The translations under genes were made by a program, and so were the position numbers. The notes under the pieces were generated by a model. That model had not been told where the DNA came from and ran no database searches. It saw only the letters and a program-made list of their open reading frames with translations. Shown one piece after another: positions 1-13,310 of a stretch of DNA of 64,000 nt. The first letter of the stretch is position 1; each line of letters opens with the position of its first letter. Origin of the DNA: Octopus sinensis (Eukaryota); contig NC_043018.1 of NCBI RefSeq assembly GCF_006345805.1, forward strand, positions 28,086,001 through 28,150,000. Direction: 5' to 3'.

Positions 1-365
1 GTTTTCTGTCCAAAACGATTTCGACCCTGTAATTACACGCTATTATTTGTAGCTTAATCCACTTCGAGTTTCAGCGTTAACAACACGCAGGCACAGACTT
101 GGTTGTGTATGTCTGTGTGTGTGAGTATATATATATATATATATATATTGATAGAAATCTTAAGACAACAAAGGAATGAAAGTGACCTCGATATTATGTA
201 AATAGAAGAAAATTTTCATTGCATTTTTTTTCCGATGGCCGATAACTGAAGAGATGGCGGAGTTTTATCATGGCTACCGAATAATTGTCACACCAGCATT
301 TACATACATACATACATAACATACATACATACATACATAATATATATATATATATATATATATTG

Positions 366-421
<56 letters not shown>

Positions 422-759
422 GTAGGTCCCCGGGTTGATTCGGGGTTAACCACAGTAGGTAAGGTACTCAATACATAGCAGAGTAAAATTAATTTATTAT
501 ATAGAAGGAGCTTCTACAGGACTAGAACTGTTTCATTCAAGAAAATCTTCAGGAAGCTAGTTAACAAGAATTGTATTGGCATTTATACATTTAGGCAGGT
601 TTAAAGGGGTGGTGGTGGGGGACTTTTTGGGGGTAGGCATAGCGCAAAAATATCATACTTGGGGGAGTGGTCAAGGAGTCAGTGGTAATTAGATAAAAGA
701 ATAAATAAAAGATAAAAAAATATATAGAAGAATAGAGTTTTAGGTAAATAGGAGATTCT

Positions 760-879
760 CACTTATACCTATACAACATATGTATACATATATACACCAC
801 ACACAATTATACATACACACATGCATACACACACACATATATACATACACACATTATATATACATACATATATCTATAC

Positions 880-921
<42 letters not shown>

Positions 922-1114
922 TACACACACATACATGCATATACATATACACACACACATGTATAATACACACACGACCACACATACATATACCAACAAA
1001 AAAAAATATATACATACACACACATACACATACACACATACCACACATATCCACATACACACATGCACACACAGCACACAAGTCCCTATATACCATATAT
1101 ACATATACACATAC

Positions 1115-1145
<31 letters not shown>

Positions 1146-1711
1146 CACATATATGTACCTATACATACCTACACATACACACATATACATACAGATACAA
1201 ACCCATTCCCTATTTTAATTTTATTATCTTCATTTATTACTTTTGTTATCTTTGACCGCTGGTCACAAGCATCTTGGCTACGACAGCAAGTCCATTTATC
1301 TTTCTACTTGAACACAAGCACTCACTCACGCACACGCACACACTTATTAGCACGCACACTCACTCATTCGTACACTCATACACATACACGCACGTACGCG
1401 TTATATTCATACATACATACATCTACATACATTCACATATATACACATACGTACGCGTACCTACAGATTCATGTCTACATATACACCAATAAATATTATA
1501 CACACATACTATACACCTACATACAAATACATACATATATATATATATATATAATATATATATATAATATAATCCACATATATACATACATACATACATA
1601 CACCCATACATACATACAAATATACACATACACACACCCACACGTATACATATACATACATATACGCGCATGCATACACACACACATACATACACATACA
1701 CATATATATAT

Positions 1712-1742
<31 letters not shown>

Positions 1743-2028
1743 TACATACATATACATACATACACATACACTTATACACACACACATACATACACATATA
1801 CACATACACACACATACACATATACATGCGTACCCATACACACACACACACGCACATCCATATATACACATAAGTACACACATGCGTAAAAGTATACATA
1901 TATCTATACATATGCTTACACATACACACACACACACGCGCCTCCTTATGTTCATACTTGCATGCATACTCAAAAAATAAATAATAAATATTAAGTATAT
2001 ATACGTGCAGTTAACTATTATACAGACG

Positions 2029-2060
<32 letters not shown>

Positions 2061-2084
2061 CAATATACATATATCTATATATAT

Positions 2085-2119
<35 letters not shown>

Positions 2120-2375
2120 CATACCTACACATATGTACATATACATACACACATACGTAACTCTACGTACCTACATATACATAAACACATGAGCGTACAC
2201 GTATATGTACATATACACATACACATACACACACATATATACTACATACATATACATACACACACTATATACATATATATATATATATACAATATATATA
2301 GATATATATATATATATACACACATACACACACATATATACATACATATGCATACACACACTTACACATACACAC

Positions 2376-2412
<37 letters not shown>

Positions 2413-3151
2413 CATATATATACACATATACACATATATATTACATACATATACAACACATCCATATACATATCCACATCACACCTACACACACACCATA
2501 CATACATATATACATACACACACACATACATCTACATACACACATATACATATATATAGATAATAGTATAATATATATATATAAATGTGCGCAAACATAC
2601 ATACATACTCATACACACACACACACTTACATATACATATATACACACACTCACACACACTTACACACATATATATAATATATATATAATACATATATAT
2701 ACATATATACACATATACACATATGTACACATACACACACATATTCACATATATATATATATACATATATATCTATATATATATACATAGAATATATATA
2801 CACATATACCAATATATATATACATATCCATATACATATATTATATATAAATACATACCACACCTACACATACCACATATAGACATATATACATACATAT
2901 ACATACACACACATACTCACACACACACACATATATACATACATACACATACACTATAATATATATACATACACAACCATGCAATACGTATAACTCTACA
3001 TACCCACTATACATATATACATATACACACACACATTATATATTACACATATTATATTATATATACCCATCTACATCTGTATATACACACACATACATGC
3101 ACATACACATAACTTTACATACCTACATATACATCGACATACTCGCGTACA

Positions 3152-3185
<34 letters not shown>

Positions 3186-3362
3186 CATACACATACATAT
3201 ACATATATATAATATATAAATATATATATATACACACACATATATATATAATACACACACACACACACATACACATATATAATATAATATATATAATATA
3301 TATATTATATATATATGCATTATATATACATATATATACGTATATATATACATATATATATA
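760..3362. repeat. Very long compound (TA)/(CA)/(TACA) microsatellite field
   Basis: About 2.6 kb of almost pure dinucleotide and tetranucleotide repeats, which explains the I/Y/H/T and C/V/M/Y ORFs in the ORF track. Confidence 0.95.
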
Positions 3363-3893
3363 TTATCAACAATTGAGGGTAAAGTTATTAGTTATTAATC
3401 AATTTCACCAAGTATTCAGTATGTAAAAGGACCATTATTTTTTGAGTAAACATTGTCTGAGAGAAAATTTTCTTTAAGTAGTGGAAATGGCTAAAAATCT
3501 TTTTTGGCTGCTATTTCTAGAAAGTTCAGTATGTGGCAAAGTAATTTATTTTACTAAGCCCTAATTATATAATTTTTATATATACATACCATACATACAC
3601 ACATACATATACACATACATATGCATACACACATATATACATATATACATATATACACAACACACACACACCACACAAACACACATCATATATATAATAT
3701 TTTTACATACATACACACACACACACACATAATACATGCGTATATTCCTACTATACCCATACATTTCTATACATATATACGATACACATATACAAGCGTG
3801 CACATACAATATGTGAAAGGTCTTAGGAGAAAAGGTAATCGGGGGTGCTAGGGGAACGGTGGGATTGGGGGGGGGTTTGTGGGTGGGGTGTCA

Positions 3894-4206
3894 TCAATCT
3901 GGTTGCCGGGTAGGTCTATAGTTCTTGTAGTTTGCATAATTCTTATGCATGCAATTTGGGGAGTGTTCTGAGATCTTGTTAAGGAGAGGGCCTTTGGCGA
4001 ACAAGATCTCTAGGCTCTCCGAATTGCAAAGGTCACAGCAGGTATGCCTCCTGTGTACGAACGCGCCTTCTGTAGTAGTTTCCACTTGGTCTTGAAGGGG
4101 ATGGAGTTCCTTTTAAGGTACAAGATGTGGGCGGCGAGGGTATTTGGTTGGATTTATCCGGTCGCCGGAACGAGTGTGTGTGGGCGTACCAACGGGACTT
4201 AAAGCT
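3894..4206 (-). mobile_element. Penelope-like element remnant: 3' half of a GIY-YIG endonuclease, frameshifted
   Basis: Minus-strand frames give YIGMTSNSFKSRWYAHTHSFRR and CDLCNSESLEILFAKGPLLNKISEHSPNCMHKN, the typical PLE C-terminus (C.LC..EK..I....LLNKRSE....C.H.NK). Truncated at a (TA)n tract. Confidence 0.8.
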
Positions 4207-4222
4207 GTTTGACGTCATTCCG

Positions 4223-4256
<34 letters not shown>

Positions 4257-4348
4257 TATATATATGCGTGTGTTTGTATGTGTGTGTGCTTGGTAATATC
4301 ATTCGCATTTGTAATCTATTCCATTTTTAAATGTTTTACACGTTCTAG

Positions 4349-4653
4349 CATTTCCGCACAAGTCTACGCTGCGAAACCTGACAGAATCGGTCGGCGCTAC
4401 AAGAAAGCGCTTTACTTTGAATATGCCGATCGTTCGTACAAGACTAAAGTAACTCGAGATAAGAAGGAAACCCATCTTGGATTCTTGGGTCCCGTCATTA
4501 GAGTAAAAGAAGGTGAGAGAGTTGAGGTCTACCTGAAAAATATGGCTTCGCGCCCCTATTCGTTCGTACCCCACGGCACTCTTTATAGCAAAGATTTAGA
4601 AGGAACATTCTATCGCACCAAGGACCATCATCAGAAACATTTTGATAGTGAAG
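4349..4653 (+). CDS. Ceruloplasmin/hephaestin-like multicopper oxidase, first exon visible in window (cupredoxin domain 3, N-terminal part)
   Basis: Acceptor TTCTAG|C (phase 2; the exact start is less certain because the upstream exon is outside the window) and donor GAAG|GTAATC (phase 1). Translation ISAQVYAAKPDRIGRRYKKALYFEYADRSY...HLGFLGPVIRVKEGERVEVYLKNMASRPYSFVPHG matches the ceruloplasmin odd-domain motifs RIG..YKK..Y.EYTD and LG.LGP.I.A..GD....KN.A.RPYS. Confidence 0.9.
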
Positions 4654-4699
4654 GTAATCTTTTTTCTTTTTTTCTTTTTGTTTTTGATTTGCTTCAATC

Positions 4700-4955
4700 G
4701 TTAGGCTTAGGCCATGCTGGGGCACCACCTTGAAGGATTTTAGTCGAATAAATGAACCCTAGTATTTATTTATTTTCAAAGTAGGAGGCACTTTTTCAAT
4801 GAGGATCTTTGTGCCGAAACGCTAAGTTACGGAGACATAAACACAGCAACACCGGTTGTCAAGCAGTGGATAGAGGGAACAAACAGACACAAAGGCATTT
4901 ATACACACACAAACACACACACAGAGATATATGTATGTATGTATATATGTAAGTG

Positions 4956-4989
<34 letters not shown>

Positions 4990-5145
4990 TATATATATAT
5001 ATATATACACGATGGGTTTCTTCGACTACATTTACTCACAAGGCTTTGGTTGATCCAAGACACTTGCCTAAGGTGCCACACAGTGAGATTGAACCCGGAA
5101 CCATGTGTTTGAGAAGCAAATTCTTACTACACAACCACGCCTGTG
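4700..5145 (-). mobile_element. tRNA-derived SINE family 2 copy, directly after the first visible exon
   Basis: Reverse complement of the GGCGCAGGAGTGGCTGTGTGGTAAG...GGTTCAGTCCCACTG...CCTTGGGCAAGTGTCTT...GGTGCTCCAGCATGGCC family. Other copies at about 8836-9222, 10295-10735, 11803-12255, 28735-29170, 46970-47360, 51270-51705 and 51895-52400. Confidence 0.8.
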
Positions 5146-6180
5146 CCTATAAATGTTGGTTTTTCAGTTTAATTCAAATTTATTGCCTTTGTTTTGGTTC
5201 TTTAGTTTTTGTTCTGATCGAACAACTTTATTATCAAAACCGTGCCAGCCTTGGCCATCAAGTGGATTTTAACTAGAAGTATACACATAGGAATATTTTA
5301 GCCAACATCCTTTTGTTTTTAAAGTTATTAAGCTAGAGTGTCGGACAAAACACTTAATAATCTGTTGCTCTTTCATGGCGTTCGTACGCAGACATGATTT
5401 GATAGTCACAGTTTCGACAAACGGTCTCAGAATTAGTCACTCTCCAAATAGGTTCGACACCAAAATTTGCTATAATATTATTAGAAACTTGGTACCAGCA
5501 CTGGTTAGTGAGGGTGTTAGCTTCCATGTTTTCTAAGAGTGGGATCATTGCTATTAAAATAATTTAGAACTAAAGAGTAAAATTTATGAATTACTTAAGA
5601 CAGTCGTCATAAGGTAGTCCTCCATTAAACCACATCTCTCTGTAACATGTTTGCCTTAAAATACTTCATTTACAATTAAAATTAATTACGAAGCAGAACA
5701 AAAGAATGGGATCATAAGAATTGTGAATACAATGTTTATAGCATAAGAATTATTGTAAATTTAGCATAATTCCGAATAATTTAGAATTAGTGCTTGTGTG
5801 CATCGATGTCTGTGAATACAAATGCTAAAAGTGGTTAAGAGGTTAAGAGTGATTAATCTAATTGCATGAAAGTTTGGGCACATCCTTTTATCATAGCCTG
5901 GGTCGACCGAAACCTTGCGTGAAAACTAGGCAGATGGGAGGGTACCCGAATAGATTGTGCCTCCACTGCAAACGTCAATCCTTATCACATTACCTAACGC
6001 AGATTTCGCTTAGAAATTATGTTAAGGTTGCTCGTAACTGCCAAATATACATCCACTTACTACTTTAATGAGCCAGGCTTTAAGTTGGGTGAACAATTGA
6101 ATTTTTATAGTCGAAATCGCGATGGAAAACCCGCCATATGTAATTCAGTCGTCCCTCGACTATCGCTGGTGAAAGTCCAT

Positions 6181-6198
6181 GAAGTAGAAACAGTACTG

Positions 6199-6248
<50 letters not shown>

Positions 6249-6266
6249 CAGTACTGTTTCTACTTC
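6181..6266. repeat. Perfect palindrome centred on (TA)n
   Basis: GAAGTAGAAACAGTACTGTATTA-(TA)n-TAATACAGTACTGTTTCTACTTC. Confidence 0.9.
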
Positions 6267-6268
6267 TC

Positions 6269-6566
6269 TTAGAAGAGATGAGGTACACAGAAGATCGGAT
6301 GGTTTATATTTACAGATATTTATTTGTATATTACATTTTTTATATATCATATAACTTAGATCATGTATTAGCGCTTTCTCCCATTCTAGTGGGGTTTTCA
6401 AATCAAACTAAGTTCCTGTGTTCCAGGAACTTAGTTTGATTTGAAAACCCCACTAGAATGGGAGAAAGCGCTAATGATCTAAGTGATATGATATATATAT
6501 AAAAAATTTATATACAAATAAATATCTGTAAATATAAACCATCCGATCTTCTGAGTACCTCATTTC

Positions 6567-6572
<6 letters not shown>
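6269..6572. repeat. About 300-bp fold-back (two ~150-bp inverted arms, 5-nt loop)
   Basis: Centre AGTTCCTG-TGTTC-CAGGAACT; the arms remain complementary out to TTAGAAG/CTTCTAA with a few substitutions and small indels. Confidence 0.88.
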
Positions 6573-6613
<41 letters not shown>

Positions 6614-9130
6614 TATATTTGTATATATTTATTTTATTATAAATGCAAAATAACTGTAGGGAGGAATCGACAAAAGATCAGGTGAACCGCGATATGACGA
6701 GGGATTACTGTAGTGAATCGGTTAATATACGCATCATTGAAAATAACAAGTCCACGTGCCATCAGGTTCACTACTGAATGTAGTCTAATGCATCCCCCTT
6801 GAGCAATGTTATATATTTACGTACATTACCTGAGGTTGGGACAACCTGTGTATCCACACACACACATAAGTATAAGGAGATGAAGGTTGCAAACAACTTT
6901 ATTGGCATTAATCCTTTAATATCACCGGAATGTTTGAAAACAACCATCGACAATATGAAAAGTGTTCTACTCGAGGATACTGAGGCTTGTGACCTAATCA
7001 AAATAAAATTAATATTTAATTAAGATTACAGTTCGTGCATTGACAGAATAAACAGAGTTACCTAGAAGATAGTGTCTCTTAAAGTACTGGGTTTAACACT
7101 TTGTCTACCAAACCCATTTTGCGCCATCTTTCCATTAATTGCAGCGCTCTCATTTTGTTAGAAATTATACACTTTTTTTCAATCTTTTAACAGCATATAT
7201 ATTCCAGTTCACTATATAAACCACCACATTGATTTATAGGTTGGGTATTACCCGTGACTCATGCTGTACTGAACGAATATTATTTTCTATCTGTACCGCA
7301 GGATCACCGGTGTTTCTCATGGCAGACAAAGTGTTTAAACGGCCATCATAACATCTCTGCAAATGGATTTAAAAAATTTATATATGATTTTTCTCTATAG
7401 ATTATATTTCCAGATTGTATGTGCCTTCATAGTTTCTTTTTCACAAAAAAGCGCTCCAAAGATGGAGATGACAGTGACTTTCACCCTTCTTACAAGATCC
7501 TATCTTAGATTTTATTAATTCAAAGTGAAAACCATCCAAGAAATACAAAGAATCATCAGTTCCGTACATTTCCTAAAATTCGAGTAATTTAGTTTGATCC
7601 ACAGTAATGTGAGTGGAGTCACATGTCCTAGTGGTTAGAGCAGCGGACTTCGCAGTCGAGGGATCGCTGGTTCGAATCACAGACCGGGCGATGTATGTGT
7701 TTATTAGAGAAACACCTAAAGTTCCACGCGGCTCCGGCAGAAGGTATTGTTGAACTTCTGCTGACTCTTTCAACACAATTTTCCCTGACCCTTTCCTCCT
7801 GCACCTAGTGGCTCACTTGCGACGGGCCAGCATCCTGTCCAGGTGGGGAACCTATACGCCAAAGAAACCGGGTAAACCGGCCCTTATGAACCAGGCATCG
7901 CTCGAGAAGGAACAAACAACGACAACAATAACACAGTAATGCGAGGCTCCATAAAAGAAGTAATAATGATTTTCATATTTTGGCACAAGGCCAGAAATTT
8001 TGATGGTGGAAGTGATAGCAGTTCACATCAACCCCAGTGTCCAATGGGAAATAATTTTATCGATCCCGATAGGATGAAAGGCAAAATCGACATCAAAAAA
8101 ATAATAGTCGCTATGGGAATCTCCGGTGACACTGAATGGTGATTATTTAATAAAAGGATTATTATTATCTTCAATTTGATTGTGGATAGGGTGTCGAGCT
8201 GGCAGAATCGTTTGCACGGCAAGCAAATTGCTTAGCGGCATTTAATCCGTCTTTAGGTTCTGAGTTCAAATCTTGCCGAGGCCGACTTTGCATTTCATAT
8301 TTTGGGGATCGATAAAATAAGTAGCAGTTGAACACTGGGGTCAATGTAATCAACTTAGCCCCTCCCCCAAAATTGCTGGCCTTGCTTAAAGGCATTTCGT
8401 CCATCTATACTTTCTGAGTTCTAATACTGCCGAGGCTGACTTTGCCTTTCGTCTTTCGGGATCGATAAAATAAGTACCAGATGAAAACTGAGGATGATGT
8501 AATTGACTTACTCCTTCCTTCGAAATTATTATCCTTGTGCCAAAATTTGAACCTAATATTACATAGTGAACCAAGTTTATTTGAAGACTAAGAACGGGCA
8601 AAAAAACAAAAAACAAAACAAAAAAACAAAGAACTGAAGCAATATGGTCATCCGTTCATATGACTTCATATACAAAGTAAAGGGATTCTAGACACGGCAT
8701 AACAGCTACTGAAATAAATTAAAGCAAAACACTAAATCGGTCGAGATTATTAATACAGATACAATTCTCACACTATGTACTTCTATAGCATTCTTTATGC
8801 TTTTATTCTTATCTATCTATCTATCCATCTATCTAGTGGCTGTGTGGTGAGTAACTCGCTTACCAACCACATGGTTCTGGGTTCAGTCCCACTGCGTGGC
8901 ATCTTGGGCAAGTGTCTTCTGCTATAGCCCCGGGCTGACCAATGCCTTGTGAGTGGATTTGGTAGACGGAAACTGAAAGAAGCCTGTCGTATATATGTAT
9001 ATATATATATATATGTGTGTGCGTGTTTGTGTGTCATTGTTTGTTCCCCTAGCATTGCTTGACAACCGATGCTGGTGTGTTTACGTCCCCGTCACTTAGC
9101 GGTTCGTCAAAAAAGACCGATAGAATAATT

Positions 9131-9257
9131 ACTGGGCTTACAAAGAATAAGTCCCGGGGTTGATTTGCTCGACTAAAGGCGGTGCTCCAGCATGGCCGCA
9201 GTCAAATGACTGAAACAAGTAAATGAGTATTTATATACTCTTATTTTTCATTCTTAT

Positions 9258-9291
<34 letters not shown>

Positions 9292-10769
9292 TTCAGTATC
9301 CGTCTACCAAATCATCTCACAAGGTTTTGGACAACCCAAAGCACTTGCCTAATTTGCCACGTAATGCGACTGAACCTGGAACCATGTTGTTGGTTAGCAA
9401 CCTGCTTACCACACAGTCAACTTTTGGCACGAGGCCAGCAATTTTGGGGGTAGGGGCAAGTCGATTACATCGATCCAAGTGCTCAACTGTTACTCATTTT
9501 ATCGATAATGAAAGGATGAAAGGCAAAGTCCACCTCGGCGGAATTTGAACTCAGAACGTAGCGGCAGACGAAATATCTATTTCTTTACTACCCACGAGGG
9601 GCTAAACACAAAGAGGACAAACAAGGACAGACAAACGGATTAAATCGATTATATCGACCCCAGTGCGTAACTGGTACTTAATTTATCAACCCCGAAAGGA
9701 TGAACTTTACTACTCACAAGGGGCTAAACACAGAGAGGACAAACAAACGGATTAAGTCGATTATATCGACCACAGTGCGTAACTGGTACTTTGGTGGAAT
9801 TGAACTGAGAACGGAGCGGCAGACGAAATACTGCTAAGCATTTCGCCCGGCGTGCTAACGTTTCTGCCAGCTCGCCGCATAACTAACATTTTAAGAATAG
9901 AGCATGGTGAACCATCGGTGACTACCATTGTAAGCGGTGTTGACTTTTTAGCATTTGAACTGGTCATATCCTGCCAAAATATTCTACTGCTTCATGTTCA
10001 AACTGACCATTCCAGCTTCTCGCACCTACCCTATAATGTTCTTTCTAAAAATAAATAATCGCATCATCGAAATCCCAAAACCTACAAATTAATGCCCGTA
10101 ATTAAATCAAAACAAAGTGAATAAACAAGAACAGAAAAATCTGCAGGCTATCGGGTTAATCCTAGCCCCGAGTTCGATTTCGTCTTTCATACTTTTGGAT
10201 TTATAATAATCTGTACCAGTTGAGTGCAGTGGCTCAACTGAACTTCTATATCGTTCATTCTCTAGACTTTAGACGTTGTATTTGTTTAGGAATCTAGCGC
10301 AGGAGTGGCTGTGTGGTAAGTAGTTTGTTTACCAACCACATGGTTTCGGGTTCAGTCCCACTGCGTGGCACCTTGGGCAAGTGTCTTCTTCTATAGCCTC
10401 GGGCCGACCAAAGCCTTGTGAGTGGATTTGGTAGACGGAAACTGAAAGAAGCCCGTCGTATATTTATATATGTATATTTGTATATATATGTGTGCGTGTA
10501 TGTTTGTGTTTGTCCCCCTAGCATTGCTTGATAACCGATGCTGGTGTGTTTATGTCTTCGTCACTTAGCGATTCGTCAAAAGAGACCGATAGAATAAGTA
10601 CTGGGCTTACAAAGAATAAGTCCCGGGGGCGAGTTGCTCGATTACTGGCTTACAAAGAATAAGTCCCGGGGTTGATTTGCTCGACTAAAGGCGGTGCTCC
10701 AGCATGGCCGCAGTCAAATGACTGAAACAAGTAAATGAGTATTTATATACTCTTATTTTTCATTCTTAT

Positions 10770-10803
<34 letters not shown>

Positions 10804-12151
10804 TTCAGTATCCGTCTACCAAATCATCTCACAAGGTTTTGGACAACCCAAAGCACTTGCCTAATTTGCCACGTAATGCGACTGAACCTGGAACCATGTT
10901 GTTGGTTAGCAACCTGCTTACCACACAGTCAACTTTTGGCACGAGGCCAGCAATTTTGGGGGTAGGGGCAAGTCGATTACATCGATCCAAGTGCTCAACT
11001 GTTACTCATTTTATCGATAATGAAAGGATGAAAGGCAAAGTCCACCTCGGCGGAATTTGAACTCAGAACGTAGCGGCAGACGAAATATCTATTTCTTTAC
11101 TACCCACGAGGGGCTAAACACAAAGAGGACAAACAAGGACAGACAAACGGATTAAATCGATTATATCGACCCCAGTGCGTAACTGGTACTTAATTTATCA
11201 ACCCCGAAAGGATGAACTTTACTACTCACAAGGGGCTAAACACAGAGAGGACAAACAAACGGATTAAGTCGATTATATCGACCACAGTGCGTAACTGGTA
11301 CTTTGGTGGAATTTGAACTGAGAACGGAGCGGCAGACGAAATACTGCTAAGCATTTCGCCCGGCGTGCTAACGTTTCTGCCAGCTCGCCGCATAACTAAC
11401 ATTTTAAGAATAGAGCATGGTGAACCATCGGTGACTACCATTGTAAGCGGTGTTGACTTTTTAGCATTTGAACTGGTCATATCCTGCCAAAATATTCTAC
11501 CTGCTTCATGTTCAAACTGACCATTCCAGCTTCTCGCACCTACCCTATAATGTTCTTTCTAAAAATAAATAATCGCATCATCCCAAAACCTACAAATTAA
11601 TGCCCGTAATTAAATCAAAACAAAGTGAATAAACAAGAACAGAATAATATGCAGGCTATCGGGTTAATCCTAGCCCCGAGTTCGATTTCGTCTTTCATAC
11701 TTTTGGATTTATAATAATCTGTACCAGTTGAGTGCAGTGGCTCAACTGAACTTCTATATCGTTCATTCTCTAGACTTTAGACGTTGTATTTGTTTAGGAA
11801 TCTAGCGCAGGAGTGGCTGTGTGGTAAGTAGTTTGTTTACCAACCACATGGTTTCGGGTTCAGTCCCACTGCGTGGCACCTTGGGCAAGTGTCTTCTTCT
11901 ATAGCCTCGGGCCGACCAAAGCCTTGTGAGTGGATTTGGTAGACGGAAACTGAAAGAAGCCCGTCGTATATTTATATATGTATATTTGTATATATATGTG
12001 TGCGTGTATGTTTGTGTTTGTCCCCCTAGCATTGCTTGATAACCGATGCTGGTGTGTTTATGTCTTCGTCACTTAGCGATTCGTCAAAAGAGACCGATAG
12101 AATAAGTACTGGGCTTACAAAGAATAAGTCCCGGGGGCGAGTTGCTCGATT
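9131..12151 (+). repeat. Near-identical 1.5-kb tandem duplication (9131-10643 and 10644-12151)
   Basis: Identical ORF pairs at offsets 1512 and 1508 in the ORF track. Both units start at ACTGG(G)CTTACAAAGAATAAGTCCCGGGG inside SINE family 2. Confidence 0.92.
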
Positions 12152-12498
12152 ACTGGGCTTACAAAGAATAAGTCCCGGGGTTGATTTGCTCGATTAAAGG
12201 CGGTGCTCCAGCATGGCCGCAGTCAAATGACTGAAACAAGTAAAAGAGTAAAAGAGAGATATAGACAAACTAGAAAAGATTGTGATGTTGGTGGTAATTT
12301 GCTAAAATTTTAATTAGTGTTGCCACAGGAATAGTTGTTTTATTTATAAATCTGACATATAATGAGCTAATAATAACACCGTTGACAATATTTGCTAGTG
12401 AGGTACTTATGTAACGCTGTCATTACTTAGGATTGTGTAAGCACTAACAGCTGTGGACTTGACTTCTTTTCAACTGTAAACTCATTGTTTATTTGCAG

Positions 12499-12692
12499 AA
12501 GTAAACGGTTTGCTGACACAACCTGGGAAAACACAACTTTACGTTTTTGAAGCACCATTCTTAGGAACACGTGACCCTTCATGCAAGGTTTTTCCTTATC
12601 AATCAGGAGTGAATTTTTTGAGAGATATGAACTCCGGGCTCGTAGGTCCAATAATAATCTGCAAAAAAGGAGCCACGTCTTTCCACAATATG
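12499..12692 (+). CDS. Multicopper oxidase exon (domain 3, C-terminal part)
   Basis: Acceptor TTTGCAG|AA (phase 1, matches previous donor); donor ATG|GTAGGT (phase 0). Translation VNGLLTQPGKTQLYVFEAPFLGTRDPSCKVFPYQSGVNFLRDMNSGLVGPIIICKKG matches the Cp motif DP.C....Y.S.V....D..SGL.GP..IC.KG. Confidence 0.92.
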
Positions 12693-12855
12693 GTAGGTAT
12701 AATTGTAAAAAAGAATTAATTTCAACACTTCAGAACCTACTATTTATTCATTTTTTTTTCACTTTCCCAAGTACAAAAAAATGGCAGCAAGATTACGGAA
12801 CCATTAGCACATGCTTTGTGTCATTTCTTCCGGTTCTTAATATTCTAAGTTCAAA

Positions 12856-13310
12856 GCGGCGAGCTGGCAGAAACGTTAGCACGCCGGGCGAAATGCTTAG
12901 CGGTATATCGTCTGCCGTTACGTTCTGAGTTCAAATTCCTCCGAGGTCGACTTTGCCTTTCATCTTTTCGGGGTCGATAAATTAAATACCAGTTACGCAC
13001 TGGATTCGATATAATCGACTTAATATCTATGTCTGTCCTTGTTTGTCCCCTCTATGTTTAGTCCCTTGTGGGTAATAAGGAAATAGGTATTTCGTCTGCC
13101 GTTACGTTCTGTCTTTGTCTCCTCTGTGTTTAGTCCCTTGTGGGTAGTAAAGAAATAGAAATAGGTATTTCGTCTTCCGCTACGTTCTGAGTTCAAATTC
13201 CACCGAGGTCGACTTTGCCTTTCATCCTTTCGGGGTCGATAAATTAAGTACCGGTTACGCACTGGGGTCAATATAATCGATTTAATCCCTTTGTCTGTCC
13301 TTGTTTACTA
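12856..13310 (+). mobile_element. tRNA-derived SINE family 1 (tandem and partial copies)
   Basis: Head GGCGGCGAGCTGGCAGAAACGTTAGCACGCCGGGCGAAATGCTTAGC (A-box-like) and GAGTTCAAATTCC (B-box-like). This is the most abundant family; other copies at about 8180-8545, 9420-9890, 17720-18260, 21055-21460, 41394-41590, 45385-45790, 48526-48760, 50677-51120, 52395-52785, 53475-53950 and 59052-59460. Confidence 0.85.

Noticed and set aside
500-575. Minus-strand hammerhead (CTGAAGA...GAAACAGTTCTA)
   Set aside because: The core words are present but stem II is weak, the stem III palindrome is broken and stem I needs an 8-nt bulge. At most a decayed pLTR motif.
274-3851. Dozens of long ORFs rich in I/Y/H/T or C/V/M/Y (also at 43-47 kb and 58-62 kb)
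   Set aside because: They are translations of (TA)n, (CA)n and (TACA)n microsatellites, which lack stop codons in several frames; there is no protein-like content.
7608-7690. tRNA genes at the SINE heads (also at 27210-27294, 34464-34540 and 42093-42170)
   Set aside because: They have A/B-box-like motifs but no complete cloverleaf or acceptor stem, and they continue into repeat bodies, several with TSDs.
12693-12696. Alternative donor GTAG|GTATAA extending exon 2 by 4 nt
   Set aside because: It would give phase 1 and break the frame with the phase-0 acceptor at 20566.
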